The notes under the pieces were generated by a model, which was given only the letters and a program-made list of their open reading frames with translations, searched no databases and was not told where the DNA came from. From Eledone cirrhosa (Eukaryota), in the NCBI GenBank assembly GCA_964016885.1, contig OZ024741.1, positions 159,464,001-159,528,000 of the forward strand: 64,000 nt of DNA, in the 5' to 3' direction. Each line of letters starts with the position of its first letter. Positions within the stretch are counted from its first letter, which is position 1. Shown in pieces: positions 38,902-52,499 of this stretch. The position numbers and the translations under genes were made by a program.

Positions 38902-40103
38902 TTAATAAAGTGACATAATCTCAACGTTTTATCCCTCAATGTTCAGAGTTCAAATCCCACTAAGATAGACTTCTCTACCTCCCTTCAATAAACTTTTGAC
39001 CCTGGGGGCTAATTTAAGAAATTATTTTTCATTATCTTTGTTGTTGTTGTTATCATCATCATCATCATCATCATCAGTGCCAGGTTTTTATGGCACACTC
39101 TGTGTTACTTCGCCCTTCCTCCTTGACTTACCACCACCCAAAACACTGAGAAGAGAGTGTGTATAAAAGACTATATCAGTTCTCTCTTCTCCTTTGTCTT
39201 CCTTCTCCCATCTCTCTCTTCTGTCTCCTCCTCTTCCCCACACTTGAATCTTTGGATTAAAACAATCTTCACGTTATTTATATTATATAATATTGTTTTC
39301 TTTTTTCTTTTAACTCTTAACGTCATGTAATGATTTAGCAGGAAATATCTAAAAACAGGTTTGTTAATTCAAATGTTTGTAGTGTATTGGGAAAATTTGT
39401 ATTATCATCTCTTAACATTCTGTAATGATTTGGGAGAAAATATCTAAAAATTCATATATTTATATCTTTATTAATGGACAGATTATTGTGAAAATTCACA
39501 GTAAACAAAAGACTTTAATTTTTAATGTGATACAGTCATAGTGCTGTTTTGTACTTTTAAAGAATGTCTTGCTAATGTAGTTTCATGTGTTTTGTTAATT
39601 CAAATGTTTATAGCATCTTTACTAATTGAGAAATTGTGAACATTTGCAGTATTATAATAAGGAATTTAAATTTTAATGTGATACAGCCTTAGAGCGGTTT
39701 TGAACTTTTCAAGAATGTTTTGCTAATGTTTCATATGGTACAGGACATGAGGAGTTTTAAATGTTTTGGATTGTAGCCACATTGGAACAATTTATTTTAA
39801 AAAAACAACACTTTATCTTAAAAAAGGAAAGTGCACATTAGAAAATGTAGTCCAAGAAAACCCCTTATCCCTCAAAAGTGGCAGGGTTATTTATGGCTTG
39901 AGTGCTTTTCATCATAGGTCTTGATATGGGTTGATTTGGGATTAGATAACAACAACATTGTTTTAAGTGAAATTCTCAATGTGGAGAAAGAGAAAAAGAT
40001 GCGCACACACACACACTCAAAACAAGCATTTTGTGTGTCTGAAGCTGTTATATAGTTTTCTCCCATCTGAAAAAAGTTCTTGCTGCTGCTGTTACTACTG
40101 CTG

Positions 40104-40137
<34 letters not shown>

Positions 40138-40545
40138 CAAGAAGACTAAGAAGGAGGAGAATAATAAAAAAAAGGATGATTGAGGCAGGTATTTATAAGA
40201 CAATGGAATGTAGATATGGGACAGACAGGTAATAGTAGTAGGGCTAATTGATGATGATGACAGTGGTGGCAGTGACAGTTATAGTGGCCACTGACTGAAA
40301 GCCAAGATTTTTAGGGGGAACGAGAGGGGAAGCAATGAAAACGACTTGACCTAAGCTGAACTGATCTTTTTACAGCTGACCTTTCTCCAAATTTATATTA
40401 ATGGTCACTGATCATTTAGTGGTGGTGACAGATAGCTTGCTAGTGGTATCTGAGGTGGTAGTCATAGTGGTCAGGTGATGGAAGATTGGAAATCGAGAAA
40501 ACTAAGGACAACTCTGTGAATGTAATCAAGGAATTATTAGATTAA

Positions 40546-40757
40546 CCCTTTAACATTTGCATTATGCATTACTCTATATTTACTATTGTATTTTCGCAGT
40601 AAAGGCTTTACCTCACATAATATCAAATCTATGAGATTTTGATGTTTATTTTGAGAACAATACCTTAACGTCGGTATGAGTGACCGGTTACAGCTGGTTT
40701 GAACAGAAAGAGGTGAGAGAATTCTGGTAGGATACAGCCGGTTTAAATGTTAAAGGG
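40546..40757. mobile_element. piggyBac-like MITE
   Basis: TTAA|CCCTTTAACATTT...AAATGTTAAAGGG|CTAA, 13-bp perfect TIR. Confidence 0.75.
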
Positions 40758-43404
40758 CTAAACATTGTTTTACTATACACCCCCGTAAATTTTGACGTGT
40801 GATATTGGATAAACTGGAGTGACTTATTGAACTAGTCCCTAGAGTGGTGGTCAGTAGAGAGAGATAGACTATAGATTTGTAAATATTGGAAGACAGTTCT
40901 ATAGAAACTGTTAAGAATCAATGGGAAAGGGGTGATTGTTTGCGAGTAATTGCATTATTTTTGAGAGTTTATTTAATCTTTGCTCTATCAAACTTGTATT
41001 CAACAGTTGTCCGTTTATTTATTATTATTATTTTTTGTATATATCAGCATCTACGTTGGGCAATGTAGAGTTATTTAAGATGGTTTGCTTGGGCCAGATT
41101 TAGACTTGTTCATTGGTTGGAAGTTTAGACGATAGAATGGTTGTTGGTAAGACAAGCCAACGATGGCGGTTGATACGTCAAAAGTAAAGATGATAATAGG
41201 TCATTAGAATGGTCGGTTTGTCAGAAGTCGTTAGAATGGGTATTGGTACACCAAAAATTAATAGACTGGTCATTGGTGCGCCAAAAAACGATAGCGTAAT
41301 CGTTGGCACACCCACATTTTTTCCTTCGTTGAAAATGGGACATATCGTTAAGGTTTATGAAATAATGGTTAAAGTGTTGTGGAGAAGTTCGAGTGTTTAG
41401 TTGAATGATATAAATGACCTGCTCATGGGTAGCTTTGTTGGACCGAAATGAGCCTTACTTAGATGCTAGTAGATCTGTATTAGTAGGGAAGGCGAGGTTC
41501 TTCTGCGGAGTCGAGAGAAGCAAGTGGACTGTAAATACTACATATAGAGAGATAAGGGCTAGCGGGCAAGAAGTTGGTAGAGAGACCCTTTTATTTGGGA
41601 ATCATACTCATCAGCTTCAACTTCGGAGAAGTTCTTGAGTTTGGATGAGTTTGTATGTGGAGTAAGGAGGAAAATTCTGGCATTTCGAGAGTTTATTTGA
41701 CTTTATCTAAAAAGGGAATAAAAGAAAAAAAAATCGAACTTTGTCAATACAATCAATCTGAAGTTGCCAAAGGCTTGTTTAACCATGGGATCCGATTTTT
41801 CAGGCAGACTAAATCTATTTGCTAAACACATGGATATGACTCCATATATATTTTTCCATATGCACGTTTCATTGGTGGTACCCTTGTTTTATACATACAC
41901 ACGAAAACACCGGATTTTCTTAGTTGAAAAACAAGACTAAGTTTAAATGAATACTCGATACATATTAATTGTGGTTAATCTATAGAGAACATATTTTTGT
42001 GAGAATTTTTAGTATAGAGATAATCGGGATGTATTTGTATACATATACATACGTATATTCATGTGTATAATCCGCTCCTCAAGCAACATTCTTTCGGTGT
42101 TATCCCACCTGCACAAGTGTACACATTCTACTTACATTCAAAAGAATCTATTTGTTTTTTTCACATTGGATTTCTTTGCAGCAACCGTCTGTATGTTATA
42201 GAAAATGTTGGTAGTTATCTTGTTTTTCTGACACAGTATTGTTTCATTTTGTCGAAAGATTCTCATATTCTGTATATTCGTTCTTTGTTTTGTCTATTCG
42301 CTTGTAGTTAGAACTTTATAAGCTATTGATGTAGTTGTAAGTCTGATCACACCGTATGCACCGAAACCAGGTAACTGCATCACTTATCGAAACATTACTC
42401 AACCTACAGTCGGTGGCTGAAGAAGCGAGCACTGTTTTTCAATTGTTTGAGTGTCTTCAATGTTTTTGTTGTGCTCATTTTTATATCTATGGTTGAAAAC
42501 ACTCGCAATTTTGGTATATATAAATTTTATACGACACAACTCAAACAAGGGAGCGAAGAATTAAAACCTGAGAGTTTGAACCAGTAAACGAAACAGTTAA
42601 AAAAGAACAATGAGAGAGTTATATGTGTGAAAATATATACGCCGAATAGAAAGAGAAGAGAGGATCTGACTTTTCGGGTTAAATCTTTTATCAAAGTAGA
42701 GTAAAAAAAAGAAAACGAGAAAATGTATTAGAATGATACTGAACAGGAGAGCAGGTGTGGTTTAAATGACTACATTTTGTTGAGTGGAAGTTTGACTGAT
42801 AGGACAGGAAGTGGACAAATGAACAACGTGTCAGTAAGAGAAGAGCGGGAGTGGTGAACTAGATGATAGTATGAACTTGTGGGGAGTACAGAAGGGAGGG
42901 AACATGGAAGAGATAGAAAGTAATCTTTGTATAGAAGTGTACAATAGGTTACCTATATGTAAAGAAAGCATAGGAGTGATGAACTAGATAGTATGAACTG
43001 GTAGAGAGTGAGGAAGGTGATCTGTGTGTATAGAGATGTACAAGAAAATTTAGATAATTGACTGTGGAGATGTGTGTATTTAGAGTTATATGTGTGAAGT
43101 TACTATATGTTTGTGTACTGATGTATGTGAATGTGTGTGATATGTAGTTTATGTGGAGTAATTGTGTATGCAGTTTCTGAGGTGCATATGTGTATAATGG
43201 TGTGTTGTGGAAGGGAGCAAAATGGAAGGATGTGTTGTGGTAGGCTGGGAAATGAAACGATGTTGAAGGGCAATTAGGCAAACGTTCAAATCGGAGGGAA
43301 CGGAGTAATTAAGGCGGAAAATGAGAAATTGTTTCTTGTGATAGCGGGATGCAAGGGAGCCGTGGTGTAAAAGGACATCACTGACTGAGAGGTGATGGAC
43401 AGAT

Positions 43405-43487
43405 CAGTGATGTAGCTAGAGTGTGAGCCGCTCGGGGCAGCCCTTCAGTTTGCCGGTTCCGGGCCCCCACAAAAAATACATATTGCT

Positions 43488-43522
<35 letters not shown>

Positions 43523-43816
43523 TTGAAGTTATATATATATATATATAATTAGTTACAACAGTGACATACAGAGGTACTTAAGTTTCGGTGGGTTATACAC
43601 CCCAACTCATTCAGCCTGTTATATAAAGAAAGATGGCTACTACCACAGTTGAATGTAGTTTATATTTATATATTAACTAGTCTGTCTACAATTATAATAT
43701 TATGCTGCAACATTAAAAGAACGCTTACAGCAGATCCCAAAGTGTCACCCGGGGGGAGGGGGCCCTAAGCCCCCCCCCCCCCCCCCCCCCAATCCCCTTT
43801 CTTAGTTACACTACTA
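43405..43816. mobile_element. hAT-like MITE with 8-bp TSD
   Basis: Imperfect TIRs CAGTGATGTAGCTA / TAGTTACACTACTA; flanks GGACAGAT (43397-43404) and GGGCAGAT (43817-43824). Confidence 0.65.
43568..43620 (-). ncRNA. Minimal type I hammerhead ribozyme-like motif (variant core CUGAAUGA)
   Basis: Minus strand: ACAGG-CTGAATGA-GTTGGG..CCCACC-GAAAC-TTAA-GTA-CCTCTGT. Confidence 0.55.
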
Positions 43817-45642
43817 GGGCAGATAAGTTGATGTGATAGGCAAAAGGTGATGTGATTTAAGTGGGCATCTCATAAAGATTCGTTGAAACGATCTGCTAAC
43901 CTGTGGCTGGTTTCTCCAATGGATATGAGCCTACAGAAAATGGTATTTTTAGTGGTACAGGTGAAGAGGTCAGTGACATGAAAGAGGCGTTTATATAGAT
44001 TTTTATCGTTTCTGAAGATCCAGTTGTATAATTGTTTAACATGTGTCAGGATATTGGATTTATTTTCATGTTTATATTCCTTTCAGTGCTTGTGAAACGT
44101 TACTTGTATAAGGATTCAATTTCCATTTACTCGTATGTTACTAAAAAGATGAAAATAATCCATGTCTATTGTTAATTTCTTCACTCGTTGAAACGTACGT
44201 TAGACAAATAAAATGTTATAATTCTCTCTTGGTTGTATTATTATTATATGTACATAAATATATACGTAGGGTGGCTCTTAGCAATACGTAGTTTTACAAA
44301 AGTTAAAATTTTGCTGGTCCCACACCCTAATCCTGTTTCAATCAACAAAAACACAGGGTCTGCAAAATTTCAGCTCAATTGAACAACTGTTAGGCGACCC
44401 TCAAACGCCTTGAAGTTGGAACGATTAATTCTGTTCAAAAGCGGTATACTGTTCCCTATCTCGACCATCTTCTTTTTTCTTCTGAGAAGAATTTATGTGG
44501 ACACATCCAGGCAACCCCAGCAAATGTTTAAAAAAGTTCTGAATCAAATTTACCAATAGTTATTTTGAAAAATTCCTGAAATAACATGAAAAACTTAAAA
44601 AATATTAGGATTTCTTAATAAAGCACACAACTTCTATAAGAGAAATGCATTTTTATTTACAACAATAATTTATATGGGATCAAAAACATAATGTGAACAC
44701 TGAACATTGAACATTACTTTTGCATAACACAGGATTTAGTGGCAGTTGGGTATGTTTTACAGTTTTCGGTAACGATTTGTAAAACAAATTGTTTCTCAGT
44801 TTCATCTTTTCTGAGAATTTTATTGTAATCCTGAATGAGTTTGACATCTCTTTCTGCAACATCATTCACAATAACTGTCTTAAGTTTTTCAAGTCCACGT
44901 TTGTAACCATGTTGAAGGGTCTTTGTCGAGGAAATCGGTGCTGATAGAAAATCTCGTGAAGAAAGTTTTTGTACCAGGAGTTACAAAAGACGAAGACTAA
45001 ATGTTTGTAAAGGAAGAAAAGTAATTTTGATGCAGAATGTACATCTTCAATTGATTTTTTTTATTTTCTTCTTCCTCTTCACCTGTGTCTGCTTCCAGCA
45101 TAACTTGAGCAATATTTGCCTTAACCTCTCCTAGCTCTCCTTTTCTCCCTGCTCTCCTTGATCTCCTTTTATCCTTGCTCTCCTTCTCTCATTGCTCCCC
45201 TTTTCTCATTGCTCTCCCTTTCTCCTTGTATCTATGTACTTGTTTATATACAAATCCAAGGAGAAAAGGGGAGAAATATGAAAGCAAGGATAGTAAGGAG
45301 AGTATATATACATATATATATATATTACTCAGTACCGAGTACTCATTTCTATCAGCTGTTAACCACATACGGAGATATGTATATTAGAGCAAGGATAAAA
45401 GGAGAGCAACGAGAAAAGGAGAGGAAGGGGAGCAAGGAGAAAATAGGTAATTTTCCAAAAGTTAAAATTTTGCTGCTCCCACAGCGAAAAATAGGTGTTT
45501 GCCCTACACCTGCACCCCGTCCCCAGCTTTGCAAGTTGCTTTTCCCATTATATTTATTGTCACTTATCCTTCTAATACCAAGAATAAGTCTGAACAAGTT
45601 TTTAATTATATAAGAGAAAATTATATAAGAGATAAAAATTTT

Positions 45643-45812
45643 TTATCTGAAAAAATGACTTTCCGGGTGAAAATTTCAACTTCAGCTATTTTTCAACTTT
45701 CTAAAGGTTTAGCGCCCACCCCCTATCTTGTTCTAATTAAAAAAAAAAACAGTATATGCAAAACTTTAGCTCAAGTTGAAGTTTTCACCCGGAAAGTCAT
45801 TTTTTCAGATAA
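45643..45812. mobile_element. Short foldback/MITE-like element with ~45-bp inverted arms
   Basis: TTATCTGAAAAAATGACTTTCCGGGTGAAAA ... TTTTCACCCGGAAAGTCATTTTTTCAGATAA. Confidence 0.7.
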
Positions 45813-45899
45813 TATATATATATATATATAATTGTTTCTACTTTTGGCACAAGGCCAGCAATTACCCAGTACATTGTATATATATAATGTATATATATA

Positions 45900-46150
45900 T
45901 ACCCATCCAGACCCATGCTAGCATGGAAGATGGACGTTAAACGATGATGATGATCTCTAGGGCGGGTAAAATTCCCGAGATCCATGGACGAGTTCTCTCC
46001 AACGGTCTCTGTCCCTCATTATCGTTGCCATGTCCTGCGTCTTCAACAGACCAGTGTCTGTCCTTAGGGCATCAACATACGTTAACCCTGGTCTTCCTCT
46101 TCCAGTGTGTCCATGTAGGGGCTCCCACAGGAGCACTGAGTGCAATGTTA
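45900..46150. mobile_element. RTE tail (+) abutting a different RTE-like C-terminal fragment (-)
   Basis: CATGGAAGATGGACGTTAAACG(ATG)n on +; ORF 45957-46145 (LLWEP..GRGRP..YVD..M.DRDRWR) on -. Confidence 0.7.
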
Positions 46151-46204
46151 ACTCTGGATGTCGGTGAGCTAACCTCAGTCTCCTCTGTCACATTTGAGCT
46201 GACT

Positions 46205-46740
46205 TATGTATATATATGTATATATATATATGTATATATATATATAATGTATATATATATATATATATAATGTATATATATAAAATGTATATATAATGTA
46301 TGTATATATATATAATGTGTATGTATATATATATATATAATGTGTATGTATATATATATATATAATGTGTATGTATATATATATATAATGTGTATGTATA
46401 TATATATATAATGTATATATATCTATATATAATGTATATATATCTATATATAATGTGTATATATATCTATATATAATGTGTATATATATCTATATATAAT
46501 GTATATATATATATATATATATATAATGTATATATAATGTATATATATATATATATATAATGTATATATATATATATATATATATAATGTATATATATAT
46601 ATATATAATGTATATATATATATATAATGTGTATATATGTATATATATATATATATAATGTGTATATATGTATATAGATATATATATAATGTGTATATAT
46701 GTATATAGATATATATATAATGTATATATATATGTATATG
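46205..46740. repeat. TA-rich compound microsatellite
   Basis: Directly visible. Confidence 0.95.
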
Positions 46741-47024
46741 CTGAGATTATATTTAATTTGTTAGGATTCAACAAGCTTAAAATTATACAATATATTAATA
46801 AATGGAAACTATATTTATAAAACCATATTTATTTTATTATACATATTTCAAGGGCCACCAAGGCAAATTATGGTGCGCTTTCACGAAAAACCACAGACCC
46901 TCCATCTCAACTCACCTTTTGAAAAGCAGAAGAACTGCGAAACCGGTAAAGGAACCAAATAAATATATATATTTAAAAAAAAAAAAATAAGACTCCTGTT
47001 GCATTTTCGATTTCATCTCTTTTT

Positions 47025-47063
<39 letters not shown>

Positions 47064-47273
47064 GTATATTATATATATATACACTCCCCCCGGTATTCTC
47101 GGGTGTTACGTTCCTAAACCACCCGCGAAGATTAAAAAACAGCGAATAGCGGACGTGATGCATAAAAATGCATATAAACGCCAAAATATGACGTAAAATG
47201 GAATAAAAAAAGGGAGCGTCTTATGGGAAGGGGCGTCAAATAGGCTGGCAAATACGGTATATTGTTATTAATA

Positions 47274-50200
47274 ACTAGCAGAAGAACCGACCTCGGGCGG
47301 TTTTCTGCTAGTATATATAGTGTGTATATTGATATACGCAAATATATATGCACATAGATATAATACGTAAATTGACAATATGCACATAAACTGAACAAAG
47401 ACTGTGTTACACTTACTTCTGTAATCAGTAAAGTAATCCATGATACATTTAAAAAAAAGGCGATAATGGAGATGGAAAAGCGATGAAACAGTTGACGGAA
47501 AATGTTCATGAATCTTCATTTGAGAATGTCGATGGGAAGCTTCAAGCAGTGAATTTGAAAATAGATGCTGCTGGTATGAGTGAATGAATTACATTTACCA
47601 ATATGAAGAGTTGACCTTCGTTATATTGTTGTTTTACTGTATTCACATATAGACTTCTTAAGTTTTTGTAGTGTCCCTTTTCTAGCAGTTAAAAAGAAAC
47701 TGAAATGCATTTCAAATAAAAGAGAGTGATAGCTGTTTCACATCACTGTAGAATTTCTTTGTAGACACAGTTGTCAGCAAACAGACCCTTTCATTTTATA
47801 TTTTTATATTTTATTTTTTTGTAACTCGTGATAATGCAACATGCATCTGACCATGTGAGAAGAATTGTGTTGGTAGATATACACCTATCTTTTCAAATGT
47901 CTGCCCTTGTGCCTTGTTGCATGTAAGGGCAAAGGCTGGTTTGACAGGAAATTGCTTGCGAGTAAAGGTGAAAGGGAACTCAAGCTCTTGAGATACATGT
48001 GGTATCCTTGGGTAAACAACCTTGTTCCAGCATTGGGACCCAATGCCACTTCAGCTTCAATTACATGATTATGTAAACTGATGATGATGTAACGTGTACC
48101 ATTGCAATGCCCGTTTAGAGGATTCAGATTTCTCAGAAGCAACTGCCTTTCTTCAGTTTAAGTATGTGTGTTGGGAAGCCTGATGGGGTAAGTTTGTTGA
48201 TGAACTCAATTGGATATTGCAGTTCATTATCTACTTGTTGACCATGAACTCATTCACCAATCTTGCTGCATCATTTGTTGGAGTGATAATGGTTCTATTT
48301 GCAGCCATAGTGGGTTTGTGTAGTTTCTTGGAAGATTTGTATACACAAAATCACACAGTCCAGACGCATTACCCTATTCCAGACAAAGTTCATTTGGCAG
48401 AAGAATTGTGAATGCACCTACAGTTGGAACAGTTGGAATGTTACCATTTCCCACATCAAGAAGGTAGTTTGCAAACTGTCTTTCATCAGAATCCTCTGCA
48501 TTAATTAACCGTTGATTGGTTGTCATCTCCATGGTTTCCACATAGTCCCAGAGATAGGAGTTCTTGATGGTTGCCTCAACTATTTGTGGTCTAACACCAT
48601 GACGTACAACTGGAAGAATTTGCTTCCAGTCACCAGATAGTAATATTGTTAGACCACCAAATGGCTTTTTGCAATCTCGAACATCTTCGAAGCTCCTGTC
48701 AAGGCATTCAAAGATATGCTTGTCTCATCAATGATTAGCAGGTCAGCTTGCTGCATAAGTTTACCTGTGTCATCCCTCTTTGTGAAGAAGCAAGTTGATT
48801 CAGCAGTCACATTGAGAGGAATCTTGCACTTGGAATGAAGAGTTCTACCTTTGTGAAGCAAAGTGGCTGCTATTCCAGATATGGCAGTGGCAAGAGCAAT
48901 TTTTTTTTTTAGATCGGAAGTAATCCAATAGGATGTTTATGACATAGGCCTTTCCTGTACCTGCACATGCATTCAAGCAGAAAATTCTGCCTTCAATTTC
49001 ATTGACAGAGGTGATTACTTTTTGAAAAATAACCAGTTGTTCAGGATTCAATGTTGGCAGAAGTTTATTTATGTTTGCTTGCATTTGGAGTGTATTGAAA
49101 TCAGTTTCTGCCATAAGAACCCTGTATGGCAACAATAGTTGGGTCTGGCCAAGGAAGTCCGTAGTTGGCATGAATGTCCAAGCCATCATGTTGAAGTCTT
49201 TGTTGGATCTTCTGTAGAACAATCTACACAGTTTGCATGGACATGACTTGCTCATGACGTTCATGCATGATATCCTCTGCAAGACAATTCTTCCATTTCT
49301 CCCAGAACTGCAGAGGGTCATTTGGCATGCTGTACAATAAAATGGTGCAGAAGATCTCTCGCAGATGAGGACCAAGCGTAATGGATGAGGCCTCTTCCAT
49401 AACTCTGTCTTTTTCTCCATCTTCATCTAACAGACCAAGTTTCCTGCATGCTTCTTGGAATGTTGGAAATTCAACTCCTTCAATTGTTCTCAAATCTTTT
49501 TATGAAGTGATGTAGGATAATTCTGAGGTAATATAATTCAGATTGATGTCTACTGAGAGATACTGTTGGAATGCATCCAAGAGATTCACTCATAAATTGT
49601 TGATCACCATCCAGATGTCCCTTTTTTCTTCTTTGCCACTTTTTGTTTGTCCAAGTGAAATATTTAGGAATATCAATATACAATATGTTTTGTGCCAGTG
49701 AGTCTCTAATATTCAGTTGAAAATATTCCGTCAACTTAGTCATTGACTGTCCCCTAGAAACAATACTTTCTTCCTTCCCTCGCTCATACACGACCATTTG
49801 TTCCCCAGGTAAATGGCAAGGCAACTTTTCAACTGGCAGTTTTCGATGATGTAATGGAAATTTATAGATTCCCCAGAATGCTTCACTGGCTGAGATGTAC
49901 CGTGCATTGATATAGGTCTCAATCTCATTTTGGGCATGGACACAATTTCCTTGTTCATCCTTAATAGTGAAAGTGATCTTGTCTGATGCTTTTGTGATGT
50001 ACTTATATAAGTACTTAACAGCCTTGACACTGTGGAAACCTCACAATTGATGTGGCACTGATATCTCAATGAGAAGAAAGGGTTGTATGGAACAATCCAA
50101 CGATTATCAACAGTAAATTCTTGACCTTTAAGTTGGATTGTATGGGTGTGACCACCATGCTGTCTATCCCTTCTTCTATATTCCTGAAAGGAATTTTCGG

Positions 50201-51000
50201 CAACAAATTTGGATTGTCTGACTGCCTTGGGATAACTTTTTGAGCAATGGCTTTGTTGTCCTAGCCCTTCCATACATGAGCACATCATATTAGCTTGTCC
50301 ACATGGGCCATGAATGTTGCAGGATGTGATGATCTTATGCAGAATTGGATTGGTCTCTTTATCAGAAATCTCACAGTACACTACCTAATAAATGGCATCA
50401 GCAGTTTTGGGCTTGCTATCTTCAGCCATTATCAGTGGATTGGCAGTGTCGGTAGAGAGTCGGACGGCATGCTTTCCAGCATAGTTACGTCCTTTTACGT
50501 TCTGAGTTCAAATCCCCTCGAGGTTTACTTTGCCTTTCATCCTTACGGGGTCGATAAAATAAAGTACCAGTAATGCACTGGGTAATTGCTGGCCTTGTGC
50601 CTAAAGTAGAAACAATTATCAGCAGAATATGAGCATGAGTGAGGCCTCGTTTTCTGCCACTCTATTGTAGCAGAATGAGCCACAACTTTTCCTAGGACAT
50701 TTTTTTTCAGTATGTCATCCATGAGGCTGTCATACTTGATCTTGAAGACTCTTGCACAAATATCAGAATGGTCTCTAGGTTCTTCACCAGGGTGCAAACT
50801 ATTTTTTATTTCATCCCAGTTAGGGTTAGTTGTTACCGTGATGAAATAAGATGGCTTTCCCATGTGTCGAACCACAGTCATCAAATTCTGAAAGCACTCA
50901 CTGTAGAAGCGAGGGCAACCATAGATTGAAGGAGGAAGAACAATTCTCCGGCCTGCACTTGTTTCAGACGTTAGACTGTGCCCATGCTGGAGTACCACGA
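47274..51000 (-). mobile_element. Decayed autonomous Helitron (HUH Rep + Pif1-family helicase, frameshifted)
   Basis: Rep motifs FITVTTNPNW, IEWQK..HAHIL, HGPCG, DNRWIVPYNP; helicase motifs AGTGK, LLIIDE, GDWKQILPV, LLRNL...NGTR, KAQGQT, SHGQ; hairpin + CTAG 3' end at 47274-47312. 5' end not located. Confidence 0.9.
50428..50622 (+). mobile_element. Full-length SINE with 8-bp TSD inserted in the Helitron Rep
   Basis: TSD ATTATCAG at 50428-50435 and 50615-50622; removal restores HAHILLIMAEDSKP on the minus strand. Confidence 0.9.
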
Positions 51001-51520
51001 TTAAAGGATTTTCTTGACCTCAATTCCAGTACATATATTTTAAAATCTAGTACTTATTTTATTGATCTCTTCTATTCTCTTTGAAACGTGTGTGTGTGTG
51101 TCTATGTGTTCATATGTATGATGGTACCCTATCGCTTGCGACGAGGATCTTCCAGTTAGGTTTCTCAAATGGAACTGCCTGAAATTAAGGTGAGAGTGTC
51201 TGAGCATTCCATAGACACGTATAACGGAGGGTTTCAGGGTGGGACTACATTGGTTCTTCGACTTAATGGCAGAGTACACTTTTTTTTACTTCAGTGGAGA
51301 GAAGAAAGGTGAAATAAAGTGTCTTGCTCAAGAACACAACGCATTGATAGGATTCGAAATCTCAACATTACAATCACGAGACACACACACGGACATAAAC
51401 GGACACACATATGCACTCACACAGAGAAGCAAACATATACATACACACATATACATATATATACACATAAACACTTATGCACACACACAGATACACACAT
51501 ATATACACGCATAAACACAC

Positions 51521-51552
<32 letters not shown>

Positions 51553-51604
51553 CGTATGTGAGTGAGTCTATGTACTTATGTGAGTGAGTCTATGTACTAT
51601 GTAC

Positions 51605-52003
51605 TTTCGCGCATGCACACTTCGGACAAGAATTCACGCATGCGCATTACGAAGCACCCTTCGCGCATGCGTAGTACGGACCAGCCTTCGCGCATGCGCA
51701 GTACAGACCAGCCTTCGCGCATGCGCAGTACAGAGCAGCCTTCGCACATGCGCAGTACGGACAAGCTTTCACGCATGCGCAGTACGGACCAACCTTCGCG
51801 AAGGCGCAATTTGGACAAGCCTTCGCGCATGCGCTCTCGGACCAGCCTTCGCACATGCACAGTACGGACCAGCCATTGCGCATGCGCAGTATGGACCAGC
51901 CTTCGCGCATGCGCAGTACGGACTAGACTTCGCGCTGTGCATTTCGGACCAGGCTTCGCGCATGCGCACTTCGGACCAGACTTCGCGCATGCACAGTACG
52001 GAC
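51605..52003. repeat. 27-bp CpG-rich minisatellite containing the GCGCATGCGC palindrome
   Basis: Unit CCAGCCTTCGCGCATGCGCAGTACGGA, about 14-15 copies, flanked by ~125-bp direct repeats. Confidence 0.92.
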
Positions 52004-52499
52004 CATACATATATATACACATAAACACTTATACACACAGATACACACATATACACACACACATACACACACCACACATACATATATATATATATATATA
52101 CGTGTGTGAGGTAGTCTATGTACTTATGCAATGGTAAAAAGAATATACTCCTGTGGATTGAATCATTGGTACTGTAGTAAATTATCCTTTCCTTATTTCC
52201 ACATCTTCACATACATACACACAGCCACATATACAGATAACCACACTATCGTCTATCTGTCTATCTACCAACCTATATATCTATGTATCGATCTATCTAC
52301 CTGCCAACCTACCTGTCTATCTACCTCTCTCTCTCTCTCACACACACACAAATATATCTATTCTAGAGAGTGTGTCTGTTAGATGTATAATTGCATTTCA
52401 AGAATTACGAAGAATTTGCAAGTTACTTCATCCGGGGAGGATTAATAATAACTTCACTAACCTATGTATGTAGGTGTATGTATGTGTGCCTATATATAT

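Noticed and set aside
42335-42700. Hammerhead-like fragments at ~42340-42380 (+) and ~42660-42700 (-)
   Set aside because: Core mutated (CTGATCA, TTGATAA) and stems weak.
51562-52137. ORFs with RMRSTDQPS repeats
   Set aside because: Translation of the 27-bp minisatellite; no splice or domain evidence.
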